Shown here one piece after another: positions 11,748 through 22,399 of a stretch of DNA of 34,629 nt. Position numbers and translations under genes: made by a program. Numbering within the stretch: the first letter of the stretch is position 1; the number at the start of each line of letters is the position of its first letter. Origin of the DNA: Octopus bimaculoides. Lineage: Eukaryota. The notes beneath the pieces are model-generated. The model was not told the DNA's origin, searched no databases, and saw only the letters and a program-made list of their open reading frames with translations. Where the stretch lies: NCBI RefSeq assembly GCF_001194135.2, contig NC_068997.1, positions 35,587,639 through 35,622,267 of the forward strand, written 5' to 3'.

Positions 11748-12120
11748 AGCCATCTGTGTGGAAAGAAGTTTGCTTCCCAACCACATGGTGCTAGGTTCTG
11801 TCCCACAATGTGGCACTTTGGTCAAGTGCCTTCTATTATAACCTCAGGTAGACCAAAGCCTTGTGAGTGGATTTGGTAGACAGAAACTGAATGAAGTCTG
11901 TCATAGATGTATGTGTCTTTGTGTTTGTTCCCAACCACTGCTTGACAACTGGTGTTGGTGTGTTTATGTCCCTGTAACTTAGCAGTTTGGCAAAGGAACA
12001 AAACAGAATAAGTACCACACTTAAAAAAAATAAGTACTAGTGTCAAGTCATTTGACTAAAATTCTTGAAGATGGTGCCCCAGGATTGCTACTATTGAATA
12101 AGTGAAACAAGTAAAAGATA
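11748..12120 (+). mobile_element. tRNA-derived SINE, old copy of the family at 33652
   Basis: Collinear with 33652-34034 (ACCACATGG, CCAAAGCCTTGTGAGTGGATTTGGTAGAC, GTAACTTAGC, GAAACAAGTAAAAGA). Confidence 0.85.
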
Positions 12121-12169
12121 CAAGATCTGTTGTATTATTTCTTCTACTCTACACCTTTAAATTCACTCC

Positions 12170-12420
12170 ATCTATGCCAATTCTATTTAATCCTGTTTGA
12201 TGCACTTACCTCTATTCTCCCTGCCTCATCTATGTATTAATTGAACAATTCATACAAAACACTTTGTCCTACATTCCATCTCAGTGGAACTTCTTTTTCA
12301 CAGAATTTTCTCCAATTCCTACACTGTGACAATTCAAATTTAACCACAACTTTACCCACATTATTCCTTAGCTTGATCCAAGAGATTTAAAAGACATGAT
12401 TGCTGTTCCTTCACTCATAC
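12170..12420 (-). mobile_element. RTE-clade LINE fragment
   Basis: Degenerate minus-strand peptide ending in EAGRIEVSASNRIK, resembling the RTE GGxxxxVxxRI region. Confidence 0.45.
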
Positions 12421-12704
12421 ACAATAAAATAAAAGCGAACTTCTGTCTGTCCGTCTGGGACCTCTGTATCTTAATCTACATTTGCTCTACATAGACATAT
12501 ACCTTTTTGGAATCAGGATGATCCTGGGATTGAAAATCTGCCCTTCATTTGGTTCTTGAACATTAGGATCTGATTTAAAAGTATTTTAGTTGCTATTTCT
12601 AGCAGGTAAAGGGACCACGAGTGGTTTTAGTGCCATAGTATTACTGAGATAGGTGAACAAGAGTTACCTCCTTTAGCTTAAAGTTTTACTAAGGAATTTA
12701 GCAG

Positions 12705-12912
12705 CTCTTTTATCTTTTTCAGTCATCAGACTGCAACCAAGCCTTGAAGAATTTTAATCGAACAAATCAACAACACCAGTTCTTTCTTTTTTATGCCTGG
12801 TACTTCTTTTTTTATTGGTCTCTCTTACCGAACTACTAAGTTACGTGAACATAAACACACTAACACCAATTATCAAGCGGTGTTGGGGTACAAACACAGA
12901 CACAAAGCCACA
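12705..12912 (-). mobile_element. 3' half of a SINE of the 33652 family, inverted relative to the 11748 copy
   Basis: The reverse complement contains GGTGTTAGTGTGTTTATGTTCACGTAACTTAGTAGTTCGG and the GACTGAAAAAGATAAAAGAG tail. Confidence 0.75.
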
Positions 12913-12941
12913 ATATATATGTATCTTCTATAATAAGAACT

Positions 12942-13385
12942 ACTGAGTTTCTTAACTCTTTGGATCCTCCTGGAATGCCTTCTCACAAACTGACATTAAA
13001 GAAAGGAGTTCCATTCATGCTTTTGAGAAATCTGGACCCCACAAAGCTGTGCAATTGAACAAGACTGATTATCAGGCAAATGCATCCACATCTTTTGGAA
13101 GCAACAGTTCTCATTGGACAAGGAAAGAGAGAAAATGTGTTTGTTCCAAGAATTCCACTGATTCCAGCAGACATACCCTTTAAATTCAAGAGACTTCAAT
13201 TTCCAGTAAAAGTTAGTTTTGCAATGTCAATAAACAAGTGTCAAGGACAGTCACTCAAAATTGTTGAACTTCACCTCATGCAGCAGTGCTTTTCTCATGG
13301 TCAGCTCTATGTTGGTTGTTCCGGAGTTGGAAATGGTAACAATCTCTTCATACTTATACCAAGTGGTAGAACCAAGAAATTGTTC
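12942..13385 (+). pseudogene. Helitron RepHel PIF1-like helicase C-terminal fragment
   Basis: One frame reads [41 protein letters not shown]...RLQFPVKVSFAMSINKCQGQSL...CFSHGQLYVGCS, with a single stop at 13056-13058. Confidence 0.92.
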
Positions 13386-13587
13386 GTTCTGCTGCCTCAC
13401 AGTGATCTCCAAATGTCACAGTGATGCAAAACTCTCCAAATGCTTTATTATTATTTCCCTTTTTAGTTTTGGGCTGCAGGCCCAATTAGCCCTCCACAGG
13501 AGCTAGCTTAAAAGTCTGCATGGAATGCAGCTTTTAATCTAGAACACAATAAAGACATATTTGAAAAATTTCTTGATGGAAACTTAC

Positions 13588-13720
13588 ACTTCAAATGATA
13601 AATTCTCCACATTTTTAATAGATATTTTTATACAGCCATGTTTGAAAGTAGGCTGGATTGCTTTTACAACACACTGCAAAGATGCACGATACCAATGTCT
13701 GCGAAGGCTTGGCCTATTCT
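13588..13720 (-). CDS. METTL25B: METTL25B exon (133 bp, NRPSLRRHWYRASLQCVVKAIQP...NLSFE); not in the supplied ORF track
   Basis: ttttttcAG acceptor at 13721-13722 and a perfect GTAAGT donor at 13587. Phases 1 and 2 join both neighbours. HxYRAxL family motif. Confidence 0.92.
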
Positions 13721-13811
13721 CTGAAAAAAAAATGTTACGATATTAAAATTCATTCAGTGAAATTTAGAAAGGTTGAATATATATTTTTACATTATATTCA
13801 TACTAGCATAC

Positions 13812-14038
13812 TATTATATCCTTGAGTTTGGATGTAAACTACACTGTAAAAGTGTTATAACACTACAAAAATGAAATCAGTAACAAACTTATATCTCTTC
13901 TCAATGACTTCTATGACTGCCTTCACAACTGCAGCTGCACACACCACACTGTACATCACACTGTCAGTACACATGCACCTTTATAAGGGTTAGGACAGTT
14001 CACTTGCTATTCCACAGGGGTGTCAGGATTTTATCACA
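13812..14038 (-). repeat. 3' LTR of the Gypsy element
   Basis: Direct repeat of 17680-17906, preceded on the minus strand by the purine tract AAAAAGGGTAGA (14039-14050, PPT). Confidence 0.92.
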
Positions 14039-14389
14039 TCTACCCTTTTTGAGCTTGACTTTCCTTGGAAGTTAATATTTATTTTATTTATTGTATATTT
14101 ATTACCACCCCAACTTTTTTTTTTACTTAATTCATTGGGAAAAAAATTGGAATATTTTTTTCGTTTTGGCTCTACTTGCAAAATTTCTCTTTGTTTTCTT
14201 TTCCTAGTTGATATACTCGGTTTGACTATTCCTTGAGGTACAGGGACATCAAAAATGTCATAAAGAAATTCCATTGACTCTTCATGTCTTGTTCTTTCTT
14301 CTGTAAACCATTTTTCCAGTTGGTTTAGGTGGTGTCTCTTGTGTTCCCATGTATGACCATTTACCATTTACATTACTTTTCGTAAACAT

Positions 14390-17300
14390 TTACTTATTAT
14401 ACCTTATCCTCAACTTTCCTTTGTATTTCTGTATATTTAAAAAAAACACCTTGTCACCGATTTTGATGTATTTCATCGTATTTTTGGTGTTTCTCTCCAT
14501 TTTTTCTTTTCTTTCCAGTAGTAATTTGTCAAACACTGACCTGACTTTCCTGGCGAACATTAGTTCAGCTGATGACATACCTGAAGTGGTGTGGGGGTTA
14601 GGTGTTATTCAGTAGACATTTAAGAATTGTGCCAATGCAGTATCAGTTAGTAGCTCCGTAGATTTTTTTCAGCGCCTTTTAAACATGTCTACAAAACGTT
14701 CCACTAGTTCATTCAATCTCAGATGGTATGGCGAGTAGTAATATGCTCCATGCATGCATTTTGCAAAAGTTTTAAAATTCCTTCAACATAAACTGTGTTC
14801 TGTTATCAGACACTATAGTGTTTGGGATGCCATATCATGCAAAAACTTCGTTCAGAAATTTCATCGTTACTTTTGAGGTTGGCTTCCTGCATTTACATAT
14901 TTCCGGGCATTTCATGTAACAATGCAAAATTATTAAGATAATACCCTCCATATAACAGTCCTGCGAAGTCTATGTGTAATCTGGACCAAGGTATGTCAGT
15001 CTTGGGCCAAGGCTGAATTTTTATAGGTGGCACTTTTGCTGCCAGAGCACAATCCTTGTAGGCTTTCACCAATTTTTCAATATCCTGATTCATATTCGGC
15101 CAGTAAACGTAGCTCCTCATCAGCACTTTCATTCTTGTGATTCCTGGATGTCCCATGTGGAATTCTTTTAGCATATGATTTTGCAAAGAAACAAGTATTA
15201 CAACCCTCTGAGCATAGATAAGTACGTCATCACATATTGAATATCATTTCAAAACTGTGTTACACTCGGTTACATGAGTTTTTGTATTCGTTTCTGACTT
15301 CATTATTTTTTTCATTTTTATAATGAACACATCCTTCTCTGCTTTAATTTTTATTTCCTCTAAAGTGGCAGGCAGTTTGCTTTGATTTCAGCTTTTAATG
15401 CTGCTATTACTGTGTTCTCTAATGGTTCATTGTATTTAGGTATCAATCTTGACAGCCCATCCACATGTCCCAGTTTTTACGATGGTAGAAATTCCATCTT
15501 AAAGTCATAATTTAGCAGGATTGTCCCCTAGCACTGCAATCAGTTGGCTGTATGTGTGGGGATACCCTTTATCAATCTGTAAATTGACCTGCAGACTGAA
15601 TTTCTTTCCATGTATGAATTTGTGAAATTTTTTCACTGTAAAAATAATGGTTTCTCAATTTGGCTGTAGTTTTTTTGAGCTGTCAACAATGAACGTGAAG
15701 CATGAGCGATAGGTATTAGTCTACCATTTTCATACTTGTGTAAAATTACTGCTCCTATACCACTTTCGCTAGCAACTGATGCTACTACTATTTTTAAATT
15801 TGGATCAAAGTGCAATAATGACAGTTCCAATGTTAAAACTTCTTTAATTTCTTTGACCACTTTTTGGCATCCATCTGACCAATACCATTTAACGTCTTTT
15901 TTCAATAGGTTGTTTAGGGGTGCTCTAAGCTCATGCATATTTGATATATATGTTTGGTAATAGTTTGCAAGCCCCAAGAACGCTTGTAATATCGTAATAT
16001 TTTTCGGGGGAGACATATTTTTTATTGCAGTTGATCTCGAAGGATCTGGCCTGTGACCATTTTTATCAATAACTTGCCCTAGATACTTTATTTCTGGCAT
16101 GAAAATTTCACATTTTTCTATGCTAAGTTTAGATTCATACTCCTTTATTCTTTCAAAGACCTTTTTAACATGTTCCTCATGCTGGCCTTGAGACTCACTT
16201 TTTATGAGTATGTCATCCATGAGTATGTTATCAAAATCTGTATCCGCAAGCATTGTATCCATCACCTATTGGAAAATACTAGGTGCCACCTTTATCCCAA
16301 AAGGAAGTCGATTGAATTTATATAAACCTTTATGGGCGTTTATCGTCAATAATTTTGAACATTCCTCCTTGACTTGTAACTGTAAGTATGCCTTCGACAA
16401 GTCCAACTCTGAAAATAGTTTTTCTCCATTGAGTTTCGCAAAAATTTCCTCCAGATTTGGTAATGAGTAATTGTATGTCATCAAACAATCATTCAAGCCT
16501 ACACATACTTGTATTTTATTATTTTTTTCTTTACATAAACAGTTGGTGATGCCTGTTCTGAATAATCAATTTTTTCTATAACTCCAAGCTTTTCAAGGCT
16601 ATCAAATTCCTCGTTGACTTAATTCAACACCATGAAAAGTACAGCTCACTTCGGTTTGAATACCAATGCAGCATTTTCTTTCACTTGAAATTTTACTTTT
16701 GTCTTGGTGCACCTACCTAATTCTGCAGAAAAAACATCAGGAAAAATCTTTTTTAATTTCTTTTTTAAATCCTCCGACGCCTTATTTGAACTGGCATAAG
16801 CACCGTTTACATTATTACAAAAAATATTTATGGAGAGGTCCCATAAATTAAATAGTTCCATCCAGTCTGTGCTAAACAGGTTTGTCCTATTTTTTAATTC
16901 AAAAACTTTGGTTTTCAAAGTTTTTCCATGAAATGTCACCTCACTTATCATTATGCCCCCAAATCACAATTGTTTCCCTGAAATATCTCACACAATTTTC
17001 TAAGCTTTTTTCAAAGTAGGCTTTCCTATTTTTCTCCATGTATCATCAATTATCGTGATATAACTACCTGTGTCTAACTGTAGTCTCATATTCACAATAT
17101 TTATTTTTATAGAAATAAATTTTCTTTTTTGTGCCTTGCTTTGCATTTGTGTTGACAATACATTTTTTCTTGAAATTTTTTCCTTCGACCTTTTTTGTTT
17201 CACCAAGCAATGTAAATTCTTATGTCCAATTTTCCCACATCCCAAACATTTTAGATTTTTAAAAGGACAGTTTCTTTTAAAATGTATTTCTCTTTTAAGA

Positions 17301-17637
17301 TGTATTTCTCCACACTCATAGGGTCTTGACTGTTGTTTTTCTTATTTCTTATCTGTTACAGGCTGACAAGTATGTATATTTGAAAAATCTTTTTCAATTT
17401 TTTTCTGTGTCCTGTCATAAATTTATAATCCTTTGGCATTCTTCAATTGAATTAGCAACCCCGTCTGCTGAAAACGAACCTGAAATGTTTTTGAACTGCA
17501 ACAATAATTCCAACAACTGTTGATTATGCTGTTGTTGTTGTAGTTGATGTTGTATCTGTTGTTGCTATTTCTGTTGTAGTTGCTGTTTGTTCTTGTTGTA
17601 GTTGCAACTGTATCCCAGAAGCTAATAGGTCTTCCAT
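14390..17637 (-). pseudogene. Gypsy gag-pol pseudogene
   Basis: Gag MEDLLAS followed by poly-Q; zinc knuckle CxxCxxxGHKxxxC; protease DTGS (17063-17074); RT LDLSKAYLQ, RLPFGIKVAPSIFQ and LMDD (16212-16223); RNase H ASESGIGAVI; integrase HMGHPG, WSRLHIDFAG and IVSDN. Many stops and frameshifts. Confidence 0.93.
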
Positions 17638-17667
17638 GCTAAGAACATCCTCAGTGAGCTTTGAATG

Positions 17668-17678
17668 CCTCATCACCA
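17668..17678 (-). promoter_or_regulatory. Gypsy primer-binding site TGGTGATGAGG
   Basis: Lies 1 nt after the 5' LTR and starts with TGG. It equals TGGCGACGAGG with both CpGs decayed, which is complementary to the tRNA-Ser(GCU) 3' end as I recall it. Confidence 0.7.
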
Positions 17679-17679
17679 C

Positions 17680-17906
17680 TGTTATATCCTTGAGTTTGGA
17701 TATAAACTACACTGTAACAGTGTTATAACACTACAAAAACTAAATCAGTAACAAACACATAAACTTATGTCTCTTCTCAATGACCTCTACGACTGCCTTC
17801 ACAAATGCAACTACACACACCACACTGTACATTGCACTGTCTGAGCCTTTATAAGGTTTAGGACAATTCACTTGCTATCCCACAGGGGTGTCAGGATTTC
17901 ATCACA
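17680..17906 (-). repeat. 5' LTR of the Gypsy element
   Basis: TG...CA ends. About 17-19 substitutions plus two indels of about 8 bp against the other LTR (hand alignment). Minus-strand TATAAAGG. Confidence 0.92.
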
Positions 17907-18054
17907 ACACATACCCTTGTCATCAAAAATGCTGACAGTTTTATTAATGATAGAAAATGGTGTGTCAAAACAATGAAAGAAACCACTGCTAAATGTCAGC
18001 AGTCAGAGAACCAGATACAGTTGTAACATCTTGTTTGAAAATATTGAAAATATT

Positions 18055-18170
18055 ATGTTTTTATTCAACATATTCCCTTCTCAGTTTCACACACTTATTG
18101 CAGCAATCCTTCAATTTTTCTAAGCAACCAGGCTTTTCACAATACCCTTAAAGCCAGGAACTTTTCAGCA

Positions 18171-18178
<8 letters not shown>
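18055..18178. mobile_element. Partial mariner-derived MITE
   Basis: Ends in AAAGCCAGGAACTTTTCAGCACCCCTCG, the reverse complement of a CGAGGGGTGCTGAAAAGTTCC mariner-type TIR. Internally deleted. Confidence 0.65.
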
Positions 18179-18223
<45 letters not shown>

Positions 18224-18238
18224 CATATATATATATAT
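18177..18238. repeat. (GT)n(TA)n compound microsatellite
   Basis: Direct reading. Confidence 0.95.
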
Positions 18239-18519
18239 AAAAGAAAATGGGATGACAAAAGAATAAACAATTATGAACTTCATCAGCTGAAAGCTGTTTC
18301 ACATCTGAAGCACCAATGAAGCTATAGGGTGAAACTTGAGCACTCAACTATGAGTACATTGCATATTATAGCAGAAACAACTGTAAACAAATGAAGTTCA
18401 TAATTGTTTATTCCTCTGTCAACCCAATTTCTTATTACAGTCTGTACATAACTGACACTTCATTTGAAGCGAGTTCTAACACCAGGTTATTAGTATTACA
18501 ATGCCTAAGTGAAATATTA

Positions 18520-18680
18520 AAATATATATATATGTCAAGGCAAGGAAACAGTAAAACACACCACACACACATATACAGGCATATATACCATACATATATA
18601 CATATATATATATACATGCATGCATACACACACACACAAATATATAAAAGCATGTGTGTGTGTGTGTGTGTGCATATGTA
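18520..18680. repeat. Degenerate (TA)/(CA)/(GT) microsatellite field
   Basis: Direct reading; source of several spurious ORFs. Confidence 0.85.
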
Positions 18681-18689
18681 CACAGATAC

Positions 18690-18790
18690 AAAATGGTGGT
18701 CTTCTTTCAGTTTGTCTACCTATTCTTCTCACAAGGCTTTGGTTGCTACTAGGATATAGTAGAAGGCACTTGCACAAGATGCTTGTGCAT
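18690..18790 (-). mobile_element. 5' fragment of a SINE of the 33652 family
   Basis: Reverse complement GCAAGTGCCTTCTACTATA...CCAAAGCCTTGTGAG...GTAGACAAACTGAAAGAAG. Confidence 0.7.
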
Positions 18791-18814
18791 GCCTCTGTGT
18801 GTGTGTGTGGATAT

Positions 18815-19110
18815 ATCCTCCTCATTATCATTGTTTAAAGTCTGCCTTCCATGCTCACATAGGTTGGATGGTTTGACAGGAGCTGGCCAGGTAGAAGACT
18901 ACTCCAGGCTACTGTGTCTGTTTTGGCCTGGTTTTTACAGCTGGATGCCCTTCCTAATACTAACCACCCTACAGAGTGGACTGAGTGTTTTTTACATGGC
19001 ACCAGCACAGGCAAGGTAAGTTTTGGCATGGTTTTTACAGTTGGATGCCCCTCCAAGTGCCAACCACTTCTCAGTGTGGATTGGATGCATTTTACAAAGC
19101 AGCTGCACTA
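18815..19110 (-). mobile_element. RTE-type 3' tail or SINE copy with an internally duplicated module of about 100 bp
   Basis: Homologous to 34432-34629. The module TTTTGGCxTGGTTTTTACAGxTGGATGCCC occurs at about 18921 and 19021. Confidence 0.8.
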
Positions 19111-19229
19111 GCAGGGGAGAGGACATTAGAGGAGATGATGTGTCAGATAATGAAAGGTAAAAGTGTGACAGAGAGACAGAGAGGCAGAAACAGGTGTCTT
19201 GCTATAGAGGAGGTACATGGTTAGTTGGC

Positions 19230-19231
<2 letters not shown>

Positions 19232-19270
<39 letters not shown>
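19232..19270. repeat. (AG)n microsatellite
   Basis: Direct reading. Confidence 0.95.
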
Positions 19271-19273
<3 letters not shown>

Positions 19274-19304
19274 ACAAGAAAGAGAACAAAAACACACGTG
19301 CTGA

Positions 19305-19990
19305 TGTAAAGGAGATACCTGGTTACCTAGCTGTTGCATAGTAAAACTATATACCCTTCCCAGTAAAAAGTAGTAGGAGCCAGCAATTATAAATAGACCA
19401 GTAGCTGGTTGTCAAGAGAGGGTTGAGAGTCAACAGCTCTACTCAGTGTCTTGTGGAGCTATCTGTGAAAGTAAGACAGAAATTAGTGTATTACTATTCT
19501 GGTACAAAGAGATACAATAGTATCTGATGATTAGTAATTATTGTGACTACTAGCGTAAAACAGCAACTACAGTACAATGGCAGCCACACATCACACCAGT
19601 GGGAGGAACTCACTTTACAACAGTGGTGACAAGGAAAAGCAAATTTTCGCAGAGTGAAAAGGAAAAAACATTTACGCGGAGAGTTTAAACTAATTCACAT
19701 GGAAAATTAAATAACTCGATAAAAAAGAAACTAAAATCTTGTGGTGCAAACTTAAGAAAATCATAAAATATGGAAGACTTTCTAGCTGGGGTAGTTAAGT
19801 TGCAAAAGCAGCAACAACAATTCAAGGAACAACAACAAGGATTGCAGCAGCAAATATTACAACTAATGAAGTTGATAACTGTGACCATGTAGCAAATTCA
19901 AATATGACCCCAAAGAAGGAGTAACCTTCAAGGCTTACTTTTAAAGATTTCAACAAATTTTTGAAAAAGAATGTCAGGAATATAGAACTG
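19305..19990 (+). mobile_element. 5' fragment of a second, related Gypsy: LTR (19305 to about 19622), PBS (19624-19634), gag start (19770)
   Basis: TGTAAAG...CTTTACA inverted LTR ends; TATAAATA at 19388; PBS TGGTGACAAGG; gag MEDFLAGVVKLQKQQQQFKEQQQ followed by FKYDPKEGVTFKAYF. Confidence 0.75.
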
Positions 19991-20044
19991 AACCTTTCTT
20001 ACTTTGCCCACCCCATATTAGCTTAAAGGACCACAAAAAAAAAC

Positions 20045-20225
20045 AAATTGCCACAAACCCTTCCATTCACCTCATCTACCCTTCACACTCTGATATAGGT
20101 AGGATCAGTGAAGTTATATTAGGTAGGATTCCATACTAAATCTACACTAAACCTGTGGACTAAATCTACTGAGGCCATCCAATGGTTTAATTCCTTAAAC
20201 TCCAAACATAACTCTAGAACACCCT
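20045..20225 (+). mobile_element. Penelope-like RT fragment
   Basis: TNPSIHLIYPSHSDIGRISEVIL and STEAIQWFNSLNSK resemble the PLE motifs RLINPxKSxIGxISKxIL and xxIxWFxxI. Confidence 0.6.
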
Positions 20226-20439
20226 TAAACCTCCTCACCAATATTGACCCTTACACCTCCCACCCTAATTCTATTACTAACACCAGTATCCTAAACCTAC
20301 CTTATGACCAAGCTAAACCCAATACTGAAATAAGAAATGATGGAAATAATATCATTAGACACGAGAACTATCATAAACTACATTTCCCTGATGACAATAT
20401 TACATCTTCCTTTTTTATGTTAATGCAATTGATGGTTGT

Positions 20440-20960
20440 CTTTTTCCTATGTAGGTCCGCAGTGTTGAAGAATTCTTTAGGCTTGCCCACTTGCAACTAC
20501 ACTATGACTTCTCTTTTATCTGCATGGAACACAGTATACATTGGCATATGTATTTTTGTATCATTTATATCTGCAGAGAGATGTGTCTGTGTAAGTGCAA
20601 TGCATATTGCTTGATTGCATGCAGAAAGATCCCTCAGGCATGCAATTTTTTGATCGCTGGTGTTTTGTAGGAGGCCTCTTATATTTATTAAAAGAATTGA
20701 TGTGATTGCCAGCTTTGCCACACCTGAAAAATTTTGTTGCTTGATGGTTGCAGCTCACATTGCATCCACATACAGTTTTTTGGTCTTTGTTGCAGGCCTA
20801 TAGTGTGGTTAGAGTTCCTCCAAGTATGGTGTTGTCTTACCTTGTTGGAGTGTTTTGCCATCTCACCATGCCAGCAGATATCTTTAACATGAAATTTACA
20901 AATGGTACATGCTTCATGTAATGTCTTGTTTCTGTATCTATTTCTCTCCCTTTTTGTTTC
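20440..20960 (-). mobile_element. CR1/L2-like LINE fragment: end of a zinc-finger ORF1 plus start of the APE endonuclease
   Basis: ICKFHVKDICWHG (CCCH-like), then LINIRGL...IALTQTH...IND..I..YTVF.AD (APE domains I-III). Frameshifted. Confidence 0.7.
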
Positions 20961-21023
20961 TTTTCTACATGCATTTTTGATATTGGTCTCTCTTTCAACA
21001 GGCTTCACAGTTAGTTCCTTTAC

Positions 21024-21026
<3 letters not shown>

Positions 21027-21110
<84 letters not shown>
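21027..21110. repeat. (TA)n(CA)n microsatellite
   Basis: Direct reading. Confidence 0.95.
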
Positions 21111-21128
21111 AATATATAATTATATTAA

Positions 21129-21320
21129 AGGGTGTGGACAAACCCCACCACCATGCTAGAAATAGACACCAAATGGCTCTAAAAATCACATCTGTTAGCA
21201 CAGGTTATAAGCAGACAGATGCCAAGACCTTTCACAACCTGTACTAATGGAGTGCAGTTGTGGTTTTTAAAGCCATTTGGCGTCTGTTTCTAGCATGTTG
21301 GTGGGGTTTATCTGCACTAT
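21129..21320. mobile_element. 192-bp fold-back MITE with a TTAA target duplication (Kolobok/T2-like)
   Basis: TTAA at 21125-21128 and 21321-21324. Arms pair over 66 bp with 11 mismatches, then over about 15 bp more after a 7-nt bulge. The left end begins AGGG. Confidence 0.85.
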
Positions 21321-21546
21321 TTAATTTAATTATATTATATAATTATATATTAGTATAGTTAAACATGCAAAACCATACAATATAATTTCCAGGAGATACC
21401 GTCTCTGCTCTGAGGCATCCCTGTCTATTCTGTGGACCAACGAGAAGATAATTAATGGAATTTCTGAACGTCTATTGAGATGCCTACACGCATATAAATG
21501 TACTTTTGCACAATGCAGGGAGAATGAATTTTGAGTAACCATTAAC

Positions 21547-21570
21547 TTAATTTAATTTAATTTAATTTAA
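21547..21570. repeat. (TTAAT)n pentanucleotide repeat
   Basis: Direct reading. Confidence 0.9.
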
Positions 21571-22158
21571 TGTATGGATGACTTAAGTTTATGTTTAACC
21601 TCCCCATTCTTATAAACAGCAAATAAATAAATAACTCGCTTTGTGATCATGAGTTCACCAAACCTCGCATGTGCATATGTTCACATTTTTGCTGATGCTT
21701 GTATGAGTGTGTGTACTTGTGCCATGTAGCTTGTCCATATCTGTTAACAGTTATTTTCAATACTTTTCTCGCTGGACTACATGTTTGTTTCTCTCTTTGT
21801 CATCTGCAATTTTATCTTTGATCTTCTATATATATGAAGATTTTTCAGCCATCTGGCTATTTTTCTCTACAAAACGGAAAGTTACATTATGGAACAGTCA
21901 TTTTAACGAGTTGTTTTTATTTATTTAGCACCTGACAAGATACATCTGCACCATCGGATGCTCTTGAACCTGTCGTTGAGTGTCCCACCCAAGAGGAATC
22001 GATGCTAGATGTGTCGAAACAATTGTCATGATTAATAATAAATTCTCGAATATTCCATTTTCTGTCTTTCATTTGTTATGTACCTAACGATCACTCTGAA
22101 AGTGACCATGCTTTACCAGTAAGCTACCAGGTGTAAACCATTTGTTTTATTATCCATT

Positions 22159-22212
22159 ATATATATATATATATATATATATACATACATACATACATAC
22201 ATACATACATAC
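22159..22212. repeat. (TA)n(TACA)n microsatellite
   Basis: Direct reading. Confidence 0.95.
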
Positions 22213-22399
22213 ACTGGGTTGGAGCTGGAAAGAAATAAAATATCAGTGATCTAATGGTTGTCCAAAAGACCCTCATTGAGATATTCCACAAGGTGTGTAA
22301 TATTGAAGACTGTTCATAGTTTTATTACTAGAGTACCAATACAACATCAATATGAATAAAAACATGTACAATATATTAATTATCCAAATATATTTACTA

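Larger units (their letters stand above)
13812..17906 (-). mobile_element. Ty3/Gypsy LTR retrotransposon with both LTRs (4095 bp, decayed)
   Basis: Two 227-bp LTRs, a PBS, a PPT and the order gag-PR-RT-RH-IN. Flanks are ATAC and ACAC (4-bp TSD with one mismatch), or CATAC on both sides if a 3-bp indel is allowed. Confidence 0.95.

Noticed and set aside
13080-13424. Possible cellular PIF1 helicase gene
   Set aside because: Intronless fragment with an upstream in-frame stop and no N-terminal motifs, lying in an intron; fits a Helitron remnant.
18165-18838. Cluster of ORFs rich in HT, YI and VC repeats
   Set aside because: Translations of microsatellites; no coding signal.
20688-21201. 139-aa and neighbouring ORFs with (YI)n runs
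   Set aside because: Read-through of the (TA)n(CA)n tract joined to a decayed LINE fragment.
21988-22027. Further hammerhead-like relic (CCCAAGA...GAAACAATTGTC)
   Set aside because: The palindromic stem III and GUC triplet are present, but the core has two substitutions and stem I does not pair; at most a dead PLE tail.
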